A DNA stretch of 64,000 nt. Origin: a virus. Where the stretch lies: the UHGV virus genome UHGV-0140522, one strand, 5' to 3'. Of the stretch, positions 20,087-28,989 are shown in pieces (the stretch's first letter is position 1; each line of letters opens with the position of its first letter). The position numbers were made by a program, and so were the translations under genes. The notes beneath the pieces are model-generated. The model was given only the letters and a program-made list of their open reading frames with translations. It did no database searches and was not told the origin of the DNA.

Positions 20087-20728
20087 TTAGACGCTCCCAT
20101 CACTTTCATCACCAGACGCGTCAGAATCGCCCTCTGCTTCGCTCAGTGCTTCCTCTTCGAGCGACTCAAGCAGATCGTCATCAATCAGATCCGGCTCATC
20201 ATCTTCCTTACGCAGCTGCGCCACCTGGGAAGGCGTAAGTTCGCCAAATACCAGGTTCGGGATTTCGTCGTCTTCGTTCTCTGCGCGATCCATACCGAGC
20301 GCTTTCGAGGATATTTCGAAGCACTTAGCGAGTGTGCCGCTGGCACGCTGGAGACTCTTCAGGTCATCTTCGATGGTTGCCAGTGGCTTGCCGTCCTTCT
20401 TGGCTGTGGCCACCTCATGCATCACCATTCGACCGAGTGCGAACGCCCAATCGTCGTAACGAGTCCGGCGCTCTTCGATTTTCTCTGCACGCGCCTTTGC
20501 ACGCAGCTCTGCGTCGGATTTGAGCGACTCGCGCACCATCTTCCCAACGGAGTCCGCGCCTTTCTCTAATCCACGCTTTTTGAAATGTCTGGAGAGCGTT
20601 TCACGACGAATGCCGTACTCTTCCTCCAGCTTGGAGAGTGTGTATTCACCGGAAGTCCACTTTGCTTCGGCTTCTGCCCACTCAGCTGGCGTCAGGCGAG
20701 TTTTGCTCTCGTCTTTTTCTACAGTCAT
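20087..20728 (-). CDS. terS: terminase small subunit (putative)
   Basis: 213-aa protein with an N-terminal HTH-like segment and acidic C-terminal tail, translationally coupled to terL. Confidence 0.5.
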   Translation of the reverse strand: MTVEKDESKTRLTPAEWAEAEAKWTSGEYTLSKLEEEYGIRRETLSRHFKKRGLEKGADSVGKMVRESLKSDAELRAKARAEKIEERRTRYDDWAFALGRMVMHEVATAKKDGKPLATIEDDLKSLQRASGTLAKCFEISSKALGMDRAENEDDEIPNLVFGELTPSQVAQLRKEDDEPDLIDDDLLESLEEEALSEAEGDSDASGDESDGSV

Positions 20729-20767
20729 AGATCCCTCTAAAACACTCAGAGCGCATCCTTGCGCTCC

Positions 20768-20820
20768 TAAACAACTTGTTTAATTCTGTGCCTAACCAAT
20801 TTGTTTTCTGGGTGTTTAAA
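20768..20820 (-). promoter_or_regulatory. split early-motif-like element upstream of terS
   Basis: TAAACAACTTGTTTA...CCAATTTGTTTTCTGGGTGTTTA. Confidence 0.4.
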
Positions 20821-20921
20821 ACCGGGCTGGGGAGTATTCAGAGCCTGCTTCCGTATATATTTAATAAGTCACTTAGTATTTATATATACGGAAGCAGGCT
20901 CTCAAACTGGCTCCCAGACCG
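20805..20921. repeat. large palindrome block, copy 1
   Basis: Perfect 20-bp arms GAGCCTGCTTCCGTATATAT / ATATATACGGAAGCAGGCTC (20841-20860 / 20882-20901) around a 21-nt spacer TTAATAAGTCACTTAGTATTT, then TCAAACTGGCTCCCAGACCG; 113 nt upstream of the terS start. Confidence 0.65.
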
Positions 20922-20923
20922 AC

Positions 20924-21190
20924 TTACATCACCAGTAATTTGGCTCTGGCACGACCTAACGTGGTCAGTCCCAGCGTGCGACGGTGGTAGCCGGAATCAC
21001 CGCGCTGGCGGCACATTCCTTTCTCCACCAGCCCCTTTTTCACCAGTGCGCGGATAGAGAACTGCATACTCTGTTTGGTCGTTTTGTACGGCAGCACTTC
21101 AAGCAGCTCGTCCAGATCGAGCAGATGCCCACGCTCATGGCCTAAATTGATGGTTTTGATGATGTCTTTTTGTTTGTCGGTCAACGTCAT
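20924..21190 (-). CDS. winged-helix transcriptional regulator (MarR/PadR-like)
   Basis: 88-aa protein with a predicted HTH (LEVLPYKTTKQSMQFSIRALVKKGLV). It lies directly upstream of the large palindrome block and terS, so it may act as a late regulator. Confidence 0.4.
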   Translation of the reverse strand: MTLTDKQKDIIKTINLGHERGHLLDLDELLEVLPYKTTKQSMQFSIRALVKKGLVEKGMCRQRGDSGYHRRTLGLTTLGRARAKLLVM

Positions 21191-21199
21191 GGCAAATCC

Positions 21200-22099
21200 T
21201 TATGCCGGTAATGCAATTTCAAGAGGTTTATTCAAAGGCTGTTTGTCGAATGCCAGCAGTGGCAACGTGTCCGGCAGCTGACGACCAAAGTCCGGGTTTC
21301 GGTACACGCCATACAGCGGAGAGGTGAAGCTCAGGTTGTGAATGTCCTTGAGCAGCTTCACGATGCTGGCCTCGTCCACCAGGCTGTCGGCAATGTCCTG
21401 AATCGTCGTGCCACGATTACGCCCGGCTTTGGCCAGGGAACTGTTCTTGTGGTAGTCAGCGACCAAATCACGCAGCGCACGACGACGGCGAGACTCACTC
21501 ATGGCGAACAGCTCTTTGACGATCGCTTCGTTGTCACCAGGGTCGGAACGGAAATGACGCTGGAAGACGCGCAACGCACTCTCGTAGCTCTTCGGACGCT
21601 CCGGACGGATGAACTGGAACCCTGCTTTCATGGCGAACGGGTTGTATTTGCTCATCGACGACTGGATCTCGATGATTGGCCGGTCGTGCATCCTGCTAAC
21701 CAGGTTAATCATTCGATAGGAGACGCCGACGCCGCGGTACTGAGTGTCCACAACGGAACGGCTGATCACTGCAAAGTTGTTGTTCACGTACCGGCCCCAA
21801 TACTGGTTGGCCACGGTGGTATTGGTGGTTGGCTTCAGCTTAGGAAACATGCGATGGCGAGGCGCCAGCAGCAGTTTCGGGTAAGCCATAACCACGACGC
21901 CCACCAGCCGGTCGTCCAGTTCGCAGCGATAATACGTTGGCGCGAACGGCTTACCATCCGTCTTGTAGTGCAGCGACTTCAGCGCGTGCCAGTCTTCAAC
22001 CGTGCCTTTGGTAACGGTCATACGCTCCAGAAAGTCCAGATGACGCGGGAACTCTTCCGGGCGGTAGCGTTTGATGATGATGTCTGTCATGTCGATCAC
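21200..22099 (-). CDS. GNAT-fold-like protein (acyl-CoA N-acyltransferase motif), last gene of the ParB-ABC operon
   Basis: Motif VVDTQYRGVGVSYRMINLV resembles the GNAT CoA-binding Q/RxxGxG/A block; 4-nt start overlap with the upstream ORF. Confidence 0.3.
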   Translation of the reverse strand: MIDMTDIIIKRYRPEEFPRHLDFLERMTVTKGTVEDWHALKSLHYKTDGKPFAPTYYRCELDDRLVGVVVMAYPKLLLAPRHRMFPKLKPTTNTTVANQYWGRYVNNNFAVISRSVVDTQYRGVGVSYRMINLVSRMHDRPIIEIQSSMSKYNPFAMKAGFQFIRPERPKSYESALRVFQRHFRSDPGDNEAIVKELFAMSESRRRRALRDLVADYHKNSSLAKAGRNRGTTIQDIADSLVDEASIVKLLKDIHNLSFTSPLYGVYRNPDFGRQLPDTLPLLAFDKQPLNKPLEIALPA

Positions 22100-22350
22100 C
22101 TGCGCTCGATATTGGCATTGATGAAGTCCAGGCGAAGCGATTCCATCGCCCCAACCATGACGTATGGACGCCCACCGTTATGCCAGCAATCCAGAACACT
22201 GCCGTCGTTGTTAATCATCAGCAGCGCCAGGCTCTGGCTTTTGCCTTCTCTGGCGTACTGGAGTGCTTCTTCCAGCAGGCGGATGACTTCAAGGTTGTTG
22301 TTATCTGCCTCTTTCGATGGTTTCAGCTCTACGATCTTCAAATCAGGCAT
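22096..22350 (-). CDS. hypothetical small protein (84 aa) in the ParB-ABC operon
   Basis: Overlapping stop/start on both sides indicates translational coupling. Confidence 0.4.
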   Translation of the reverse strand: MPDLKIVELKPSKEADNNNLEVIRLLEEALQYAREGKSQSLALLMINNDGSVLDCWHNGGRPYVMVGAMESLRLDFINANIERR

Positions 22351-22981
22351 ATTCCACCTTCACGCGTTCTTTGTAGTGCTTGGTAATCTGCATATCCGGG
22401 CGCAGCGCGTTCTTCAGGTCTTCGTGGGTCGTCGCCACCATTACCGTCGCACCAACCTTTCGAGCGGCACGCTGGAGGTTCGACGCCACAACCTGAGCGG
22501 TTACACGGTCGAGAACAGCGCCAAATTCGTCGGCTGCCCAGACTTTGGCGCCTGACTCGATCAGCTTGGCAATCTTGAGGCGGTATTTCTGGCCGTCAGA
22601 CATCTCGGATGGCTTGCGCACAAAGAGATAGGCGTCATTCAATCCGGCCATAGACAGCAGCCCCAGCGCTTCGCTGGTGGTTTTGCCCAGCTGGTCGATG
22701 ACGTTAACCTCATTGTCGAAGGTAAAGTCATCGATGGAGGCTACAGAAAGCCCTTCATCCTTCATCTGGCGTTGCAGTTCGCGCAGCACAACGGATTTGC
22801 CGGAACCGGATTGGCCGGTGATGTACACCACATCGCCCTGCTTCACTTCCAGCTCCAGATTGTCGTAAAGCGTCCACTCTTTTTCGTCCAGGCCAAGACC
22901 GAACGATTCGGCAATCTCCAGCGTGCGCGTGGTTTTGTTCACGCGGGTCTGAAACGATACATTGATGGTGTATTTGCTCAC
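22343..22981 (-). CDS. compact ABC-type ATPase (212 aa)
   Basis: Walker A YITGQSGSGKS, ABC signature-like MSDGQKYRLKIA, Walker B KVWAADEFGAVLD, H-loop VATTHEDL; no transmembrane or coiled-coil partner domain. Confidence 0.65.
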   Translation of the reverse strand: MSKYTINVSFQTRVNKTTRTLEIAESFGLGLDEKEWTLYDNLELEVKQGDVVYITGQSGSGKSVVLRELQRQMKDEGLSVASIDDFTFDNEVNVIDQLGKTTSEALGLLSMAGLNDAYLFVRKPSEMSDGQKYRLKIAKLIESGAKVWAADEFGAVLDRVTAQVVASNLQRAARKVGATVMVATTHEDLKNALRPDMQITKHYKERVKVEYA

Positions 22982-23679
22982 GCAGCCAGCTCCCCTGAAG
23001 AAACTTTCTCCGCATATGCCACGAAAGCGTCTACCCCGCTCTCTCCCGTGATTTCTTCCATGTGGGCAAGCAAATCCCCAACCACAATGGCAGAGCCAGC
23101 AGGGAGCGTTTTAAAGCCCAATACGTCGATGACGCGGACTTCTTCAGAGGCTACTTCGCGACTGATCTCGGTGTGCTCTTCTTTCTGGCGTTCCGTCTCT
23201 TCGCCCAGATCGAGCACCAGAGAGCCGGTTTCCATCTCTTCGGTCATGCTGCCGACAAGCACGTTCAGCTCGCGCTCTTCAAAACCGAAGACCTCGACGT
23301 CGCCCAGCACCAGGGATTCCAGTTCCTGCTGCAATTTGATGGCGTCGTAGTCAATACTGGCCAGGCGGTTGTCTTCCAGACGCTTCGCCTTCACTTCTTC
23401 TTCGCTCAGATCGTCGCGAACGATGACCGGCACACGCTCCAGACCAGCCAGAAGTGCCGCCTCGCGACGACCGTGGCCAGTAATGATGACGTCGTGCTTG
23501 TCGACCGTGATCGGCTGGTCAAAACCGCGCTTTTTGATGGCGGCCGCCAGGTCGCGGATCTGCTGTTCGTCATGTTTTTTGGCGTTCATCTCATACGGGA
23601 TGAGTTCTGCCGGGTTTCGATAGACGATTTCAAAGTTTTTGGTCATTACATACGCTCCTTGTAGTAGTCGACCAGCCAC
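22978..23679 (-). CDS. ParB/Srx-fold N-terminal domain protein with acidic C-terminal half (ParB-like 1)
   Basis: ParB box motifs (IVYRNPAELIPYEMNAKKH; ITGHGRREAA) followed by a Glu/Asp-rich region. Confidence 0.6.
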   Translation of the reverse strand: MAGRLLQGAYVMTKNFEIVYRNPAELIPYEMNAKKHDEQQIRDLAAAIKKRGFDQPITVDKHDVIITGHGRREAALLAGLERVPVIVRDDLSEEEVKAKRLEDNRLASIDYDAIKLQQELESLVLGDVEVFGFEERELNVLVGSMTEEMETGSLVLDLGEETERQKEEHTEISREVASEEVRVIDVLGFKTLPAGSAIVVGDLLAHMEEITGESGVDAFVAYAEKVSSGELAA

Positions 23680-24344
23680 ACCAGGGCTTCCCCGGCGTTC
23701 TCCATTTCGTTACCGGTATTGATTCCCTGCTCTTTGATGATGGTTTTGATGGTGTCGGCGACGCGATCTGACGCATCAAACGTCACTTTGAAGCGCATCG
23801 TCTGGTGTTCAGCGCCGACTCGCTCGGTTTTCTCGCGTTTGTCCTCATCGACCGGCTCGTCATCGCCACGGGAGAGCGCTTCCAGCGCTTCAAGATCGAT
23901 AACGGACGCTTTGGCGAGTGTTGCCGCCATTTCGTCGTCATACGGGGCGATATCGGACAACCGGTAGTCGATTTCAGACTGGATTTCTTCGATTAAGCGC
24001 TGCAAAGCGACCTGATCGTCTTCGCCGTAGCGTTCGTTATCGACGAGAGACATCTGTTTGGCCACCAGGTCGTTAATTTTGCCCACGGAGATGACGGGAA
24101 CCGTTGAAATGCCCTGCTCCATCGCGGCACGCCAGCGGTGTTCGCCACCGAGGATCTCAAAAATGCCCCCGTCCAGCTCCCGCGCCAGAATTGGCTTAAA
24201 AAAGCCCAATTTTTCGATCGAGCCTTTCAGTTTTTCGAAGTTTTGCGCCCCAACGGAGTTGGTATTCCAGGGATTCGGACGCAGGTTCGCGACTTCCACC
24301 TGCAGAATCGTAATTTTCACATCCATAATTCTGATACAATCCAT
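23646..24344 (-). CDS. ParB/Srx-fold N-terminal domain protein (ParB-like 2), first gene of operon; probable start 24326
   Basis: EVANLRPNPWNTN and EILGGEHRWRAA ParB-type motifs; acidic central region. Confidence 0.6.
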   Translation of the reverse strand: MDCIRIMDVKITILQVEVANLRPNPWNTNSVGAQNFEKLKGSIEKLGFFKPILARELDGGIFEILGGEHRWRAAMEQGISTVPVISVGKINDLVAKQMSLVDNERYGEDDQVALQRLIEEIQSEIDYRLSDIAPYDDEMAATLAKASVIDLEALEALSRGDDEPVDEDKREKTERVGAEHQTMRFKVTFDASDRVADTIKTIIKEQGINTGNEMENAGEALVWLVDYYKERM

Positions 24345-24408
24345 TGTATAAGTACTTACTTACTATAATAGCCAATTACCATACAAAAGGCACGAAGGAA
24401 AGAGGTTT
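24345..24408. promoter_or_regulatory. 64-bp divergent control region (ParB operon / helicase) containing palindrome TAAGTACTTA
   Basis: cattGTATAAGTACTTACTTACtataatagcc; TATAAT-like hexamers on both strands. Confidence 0.45.
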
Positions 24409-25968
24409 ATGACAGTTCGGATTGTATCGAATGCAGTCAATGCGCTGATTTCTGGCGCTGATGACAACGTGAAACGGCTCGTTCAGGAGATGTTGAGCTA
24501 TGAAGTGGAGGCTGGTGACTGGAAAGGAACCAGCACGATGTTCAACTGGAGCAAAAACGCGTTCCCGGCTGGGTTTGCGAAGCCAGTTGCAGCCAACCTT
24601 CTGAAAGCTGGCATCAAATGCGTGCATGTGCGCAAGGAAAAAGCCCCCGCGCTTGGCAAGCCGAACCCGGTAGTTAACCCATTCCCGTATAACCCGGACT
24701 ATGCGTATCAGGATCAGACTGTGGAAACACTGGTGCGAGAAGGGATGATGATTGCCCAGATTGCGACGGGTGGCGGTAAATCGAACGTAGCGTGTAAGGC
24801 AGCTGCTCGCATTGGTCGTATGACGCTGTTTTTAACCACGCGCTCGGTTCTGATGTTCCAGATGGCAGAGAACTTCCAGAAATCCATCGACTACCGCGCG
24901 GAGAATGGCGAGCCGTGGCTGAAAGGTCAGAAAGTTGGGGTGATTGGATCTGGTGAGTTCCAGGTCTCGCGCCATATCAACGTTGCCACGGTGCAGACCC
25001 TGGCCAGTTTTCTCGAAGAGCCACCGCGCGACGCATCACCGGAGAAAAAACAGTACCACCTGAAGCGCCGGGAACTGGTTAAGCGCTTTCTGTCCAGCGT
25101 TTCTCTGCTGATTCTGGAAGAGGCACACGAATCATCTGGTTCAAACTTCTACGATATCGCCCGGTTGTGCATCAATGCCGATTACCGTCTGGCGCTGACA
25201 GCTACGCCGTTCATGAAGGACTCGACCGAAGCAAATATGCGTCTCATGGCCGTTGCCGGTCGCATTGAGATAAAGGTAACGGAGAAATATTTGATCGATC
25301 GAGGTATTTTAGCGAAACCATACTTTCTATATCATAAAATCGCGTACACTCCAGACGAGGTGCGGATTAGGGCCGAACTTGCTTCGAAACACCTGAACTT
25401 TCGGGTTGGAATGAGTACGGCTTACCAGAAAGCCTATCAGTTAGGCATCGTTTACAATCTGGGCCGCAACGAGGCTATTGTGCGCGAAGCGTTAATGTAC
25501 AAAAGTCACGGTCTGAACTGTATGACGCTGGTTCGTTTGAAGCGTCATGGTCAGATTTTGATGGAAATGATGAAGGAAAGCGGCCTGAAGGTCGATTTCA
25601 TCTACGGAGAATCAAACCAGACTACCCGACAAGCAAAGCTCAACAGTCTGGCGGCAGGCAAGATAGATGTTCTGATTGGTTCAACCATTCTGGATGTTGG
25701 TGTCGACGTTCCAAGCGTAGGGGCGGTGATTCTGGGTGGTGGCGGCAAAGCCGAAGTTGAGATGCGCCAACGTGTTGGTCGCGGTCTTCGAGCCAAAAAG
25801 AATCAGGCTAACGTGTGCTTTATTACCGACTTTATCGACGTGAGCAACAAATATCTCATGTCGCATTCATATGAGCGGAAGCACATTATCGATACGACGC
25901 CTGGGTTTGCCGAGGGCGTTTTGCCGGTGGGTAGCACATTCGATTTCACTGTTTTGAATAGAGAGTAA
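24409..25968 (+). CDS. SF2 helicase (DEAH-like)
   Basis: Motif I AQIATGGGKSNVA, motif II LILEEAHE, motif VI QRVGRGLRA; 519 aa; divergent from the ParB operon across a 64-bp gap. Confidence 0.8.
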   Translation: MTVRIVSNAVNALISGADDNVKRLVQEMLSYEVEAGDWKGTSTMFNWSKNAFPAGFAKPVAANLLKAGIKCVHVRKEKAPALGKPNPVVNPFPYNPDYAYQDQTVETLVREGMMIAQIATGGGKSNVACKAAARIGRMTLFLTTRSVLMFQMAENFQKSIDYRAENGEPWLKGQKVGVIGSGEFQVSRHINVATVQTLASFLEEPPRDASPEKKQYHLKRRELVKRFLSSVSLLILEEAHESSGSNFYDIARLCINADYRLALTATPFMKDSTEANMRLMAVAGRIEIKVTEKYLIDRGILAKPYFLYHKIAYTPDEVRIRAELASKHLNFRVGMSTAYQKAYQLGIVYNLGRNEAIVREALMYKSHGLNCMTLVRLKRHGQILMEMMKESGLKVDFIYGESNQTTRQAKLNSLAAGKIDVLIGSTILDVGVDVPSVGAVILGGGGKAEVEMRQRVGRGLRAKKNQANVCFITDFIDVSNKYLMSHSYERKHIIDTTPGFAEGVLPVGSTFDFTVLNRE

Positions 25969-25970
25969 GC

Positions 25971-26249
25971 ATGAGCGAGAAACGCGCTATACACTGCCAG
26001 GTTCAGTTAACCGAAAAAGCAAACGACAAGCTGGAAACCTTTCAGAATCGACTGCGTGAACGCAATATTAAGCTGTCAAAGGCAGACATCATCAATCTGG
26101 TGCTGTCCAACATGACGATGGCTGATTTTGATAAGGCAGCTACGTCATTAGAGGCTTCTGCAAAGGCCCGTGAAAAGGTCATGAAGATTTACGAATCCTC
26201 TGGCATGACCAAAGAAGATCTGGCCGATATTCTCAAACGTCTCGATTAA
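25971..26249 (+). CDS. small DNA-binding protein, ribbon-helix-helix-like (putative)
   Basis: 92 aa; N-terminal KRAIHCQVQLTEKANDKLETF fits an RHH beta-strand plus helix; start overlaps the helicase stop. Confidence 0.3.
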   Translation: MSEKRAIHCQVQLTEKANDKLETFQNRLRERNIKLSKADIINLVLSNMTMADFDKAATSLEASAKAREKVMKIYESSGMTKEDLADILKRLD

Positions 26250-26307
26250 GCATTAAGGGCGTCGCAAGACGCCTTGTTCGTTGAGTGATAAGGATTTAGT
26301 TCAAGCC

Positions 26308-26730
26308 ATGAAACACGTTCTACTTCCACTGATTACCATCCCCGTTTTACTCCTGAGTGCATGTTCATCCCGCCCTGTGTCTGTAGCTGATGCAAAACCG
26401 GCTCCGCAGGCCAGAGTTTTCAAATACCAGACGTCTGCACCAACCACGCTGGTGGTTATGAGGGACAAAGGTATGATAGGTGCGGGCTGTGACGCATCCA
26501 TCTTCATCAATGGTGAGACGGTTGCGAAACTTGAGACCGGTGAAAAAGCGACGTTCCATCTTGATGCCGGGCAATGGATTGTTGGCGCTTCACTGGAAGG
26601 CGCCGGGCTGTGCGCACTGAACCCTGCTCGTCAGGAACGCGAGACCTTCACCAAAGCTGGCGAGACGAAAGTCTTCCGGGTGTTCACCAGCAACGCAGGT
26701 GACATCGATATCCTACCAACGACACTGTGA
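26308..26730 (+). CDS. lipoprotein (candidate exclusion/envelope protein)
   Basis: MKHVLLPLITIPVLLLSAC signal peptide with an LSAC lipobox; the track ORF begins at an upstream TTG at 26281. Confidence 0.55.
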   Translation: MKHVLLPLITIPVLLLSACSSRPVSVADAKPAPQARVFKYQTSAPTTLVVMRDKGMIGAGCDASIFINGETVAKLETGEKATFHLDAGQWIVGASLEGAGLCALNPARQERETFTKAGETKVFRVFTSNAGDIDILPTTL

Positions 26731-26734
26731 CGAT

Positions 26735-27262
26735 ATGACGAATATTACTGACATCACCTACGGGATTCCTGCAGAAGTCTGGCCGCGCGATTACACCAAC
26801 GTGGAGAAGGCGCTGATGTTCTGGCGTAAGTCTCTCATTCCTGTAAGGGTCACGATGGAAGATGGTCAGGTGTTCTGCATGTACGTTCAGGGTCTCATGT
26901 CGTCGCGCAACAAAGTCGATCTTTGCCCTGCCCCGTTCGACAAAGAAAATCGTATAAGGCTCCCACTTGAGCGAATCAGTACGATTGAATCAGGTGTGAC
27001 AGAAAGCATTGCGCACGATTTCACGGGTCGGACAACGGTACACCCAGACTATGTGGACAATCGGCCATCTCGCCGTGATTTCTTCAAAATTTGTCGCCAG
27101 GCTCATGAGATGCAGAAGTCTATAAGGGTCTACATGGCGGATGGCCGTGAAATTGAGGGTGTGTCTTCAGGCGTTGACGCTTGCCAGGTCACGCTCAACA
27201 TGGGGGACGGTCGGAAGACAGTCGTCATGTTCGATTGGGTCGAACGGATTTTACCGTTTTAA
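26735..27262 (+). CDS. hypothetical protein with internal ~80-aa duplication
   Basis: Halves align (KSLIPVRVTMEDGQVF.. vs KSIRVYMADGREI..); DNA repeat TCTATAAGGGT appears in both halves; followed by a rho-independent terminator. Confidence 0.4.
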   Translation: MTNITDITYGIPAEVWPRDYTNVEKALMFWRKSLIPVRVTMEDGQVFCMYVQGLMSSRNKVDLCPAPFDKENRIRLPLERISTIESGVTESIAHDFTGRTTVHPDYVDNRPSRRDFFKICRQAHEMQKSIRVYMADGREIEGVSSGVDACQVTLNMGDGRKTVVMFDWVERILPF

Positions 27263-27274
27263 ATCTATAAGGGT

Positions 27275-27305
27275 AATAACCGGCTAAGTCCGGTTATTAT
27301 TTTAT
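27275..27305 (+). terminator. rho-independent terminator
   Basis: Hairpin AACCGGCTAAGTCCGGTT followed by ATTATTTTA. Confidence 0.6.
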
Positions 27306-27585
27306 GTGTCACTTCCCGTTATATTTATTTCCCCTAATCCCTATTCCACTTTAAATATATAAGGGTGAATGACCGAATAGGGAATTTATTTAGGCAACAC
27401 CTTCGAGAAAACGCGATTTATTTCTAAGACTTTGATTTTTGTTGAAGAAAATTTTTTTTCGTTCCCGTGTAAAAAACTCTTGATTTTAATTTCTGTATAT
27501 CGATAATTAGTCACATCGAAAGCGAACACGCTAACGATAAACAAATAACAAATTAAGTTATCAATATTACATAAGGATTAATATC

Positions 27586-28236
27586 ATGTCTAACGTTGCT
27601 ATCTCTAAAAAATCCATCATCGACGCTGCTGTAGTTATCGCTAATGAATTACAAGTTGCAGCCAATAATGCTACTCAGACTTATAACAATCATTATCAGA
27701 ATGGTACGCACACAAAAGCAGATAAAGCTAACATGCTTGCAGCGACTACCAAACTTGCATACTTCACCAACAACGTTTTAAACGCTGTTAATGATGAGAA
27801 ATTAGCTGGTGTCTTTTACTACGCGATTAAAGCAAGCAAACAAGCGCCAGAAGTGTTTTTCCGCGAAGCTATGACCAATAGCTATTCACTCGAAAAATTG
27901 GTTTATCTGGTTAAATCTATCAAGTCTGGTAAATGCGTTTATTCCGTCGCTGATATGTCCGGATCTCGCGTATTCGCATTAATCGAAATGATTAATGATG
28001 AATTAGAAACATTCACAAATGGCGCTGTTTTCGATTTGATGAATGAAGCGAAAAAAGCCAACGAAATTAAATTGGACGCTGGCTACACTCAAGCCAACCA
28101 GCTGATCAATCTTTGCGAGCGTCTCGGACTGGTCGAGAAGATCAAAGGAATGGGCGCAGCGAAAAACGGATCGCAACAATATCGCTTTATCAAGAATGAT
28201 TTTTATAACTATCTGGCTGATGCTTTCAAAGCGTAA
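27586..28236 (+). CDS. hypothetical protein (216 aa) in an AT-rich, strongly punctuated module
   Basis: Codon choice biased to GCT/GTT/CGT/AAA unlike neighbours; 280-bp AT-rich leader; terminator immediately downstream. Confidence 0.5.
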   Translation: MSNVAISKKSIIDAAVVIANELQVAANNATQTYNNHYQNGTHTKADKANMLAATTKLAYFTNNVLNAVNDEKLAGVFYYAIKASKQAPEVFFREAMTNSYSLEKLVYLVKSIKSGKCVYSVADMSGSRVFALIEMINDELETFTNGAVFDLMNEAKKANEIKLDAGYTQANQLINLCERLGLVEKIKGMGAAKNGSQQYRFIKNDFYNYLADAFKA

Positions 28237-28246
28237 TTAGATGGAT

Positions 28247-28274
28247 ATAGCGCCCACTATGGGCGCTAGTTTTA
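28247..28274 (+). terminator. rho-independent terminator
   Basis: GCGCCCACTATGGGCGC hairpin plus TAGTTTT. Confidence 0.6.
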
Positions 28275-28286
28275 AGGATAAAAATC

Positions 28287-28490
28287 ATGATTAGTTATGA
28301 CCAGATCCGCGCGGAGTATCGCGCAAAATATCGCGCTTATAAACTTGAATTAATCGACGACTTAAAAGCGCAACGTGACAAATTAAATTTTACGTTTTCT
28401 GATTTGCTTAACAGCAAAAGAGACTGTAAACGCAAACGTGAATATTTGCGCTTGTCTGAAATGATCGGAAAACTACAAAACAGCATTTAA
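28287..28490 (+). CDS. hypothetical small coiled-coil protein (67 aa)
   Basis: Charged heptad-like sequence; bracketed by the same hairpin in opposite orientations. Confidence 0.4.
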   Translation: MISYDQIRAEYRAKYRAYKLELIDDLKAQRDKLNFTFSDLLNSKRDCKRKREYLRLSEMIGKLQNSI

Positions 28491-28492
28491 GC

Positions 28493-28518
28493 AATAGCGC
28501 CCATAGTGGGCGCTTTTT
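28493..28518 (+). terminator. rho-independent terminator
   Basis: GCGCCCATAGTGGGCGC plus TTTTTT. Confidence 0.65.
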
Positions 28519-28540
28519 TCGTTTCAAGATCCGCACACCA

Positions 28541-28568
28541 TAACGCGCCATTGTTGGCGCGTTTTTTA
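28541..28568 (+). terminator. second tandem terminator
   Basis: AACGCGCCATTGTTGGCGCGTT plus TTTTTT. Confidence 0.55.
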
Positions 28569-28989
28569 TTGTCTGAAGTCAGCCAAAACAGACCCAAAAT
28601 AAGCGCCATAAACGCGCCAATTTAACGCGTTTTTATGTGTGGTGGTACATGCCCATTACCCACAATAAAAAACACGTTATAGCGCGTTTTACAGCGTTTT
28701 AGCGCGTGGCTTATTTTTTCGTGTCGTGGGCGTGATCGTCTGGCGATATCTGGCGACGTGATCCGCGCTATCCTTCGGGACGTGTCGGCAATATTGGCAT
28801 GATCCGTGGGCGCTCGCGTATCATTGGCACGTTGGCGTGACGTGTACGCGCTTGCAGTGGTTTACCCACGGATTCACATAATCACATAGCGAAAGCTATC
28901 TGGATGGCTCAGGGGCTGAAACCCCACCAGCGCTACCCCAGCGCCCCTGCGATATTTTCTGGCAGGATTCTGGGCTTCTCCCGCTCTGT

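Noticed and set aside
21338-22555. 405-aa plus-strand ORF
   Set aside because: It is antisense to the coupled GNAT-like/small/ATPase genes; the minus-strand products have clear motifs.
23062-23664. 200-aa plus-strand ORF
   Set aside because: It is antisense to the ParB-like 1 gene.
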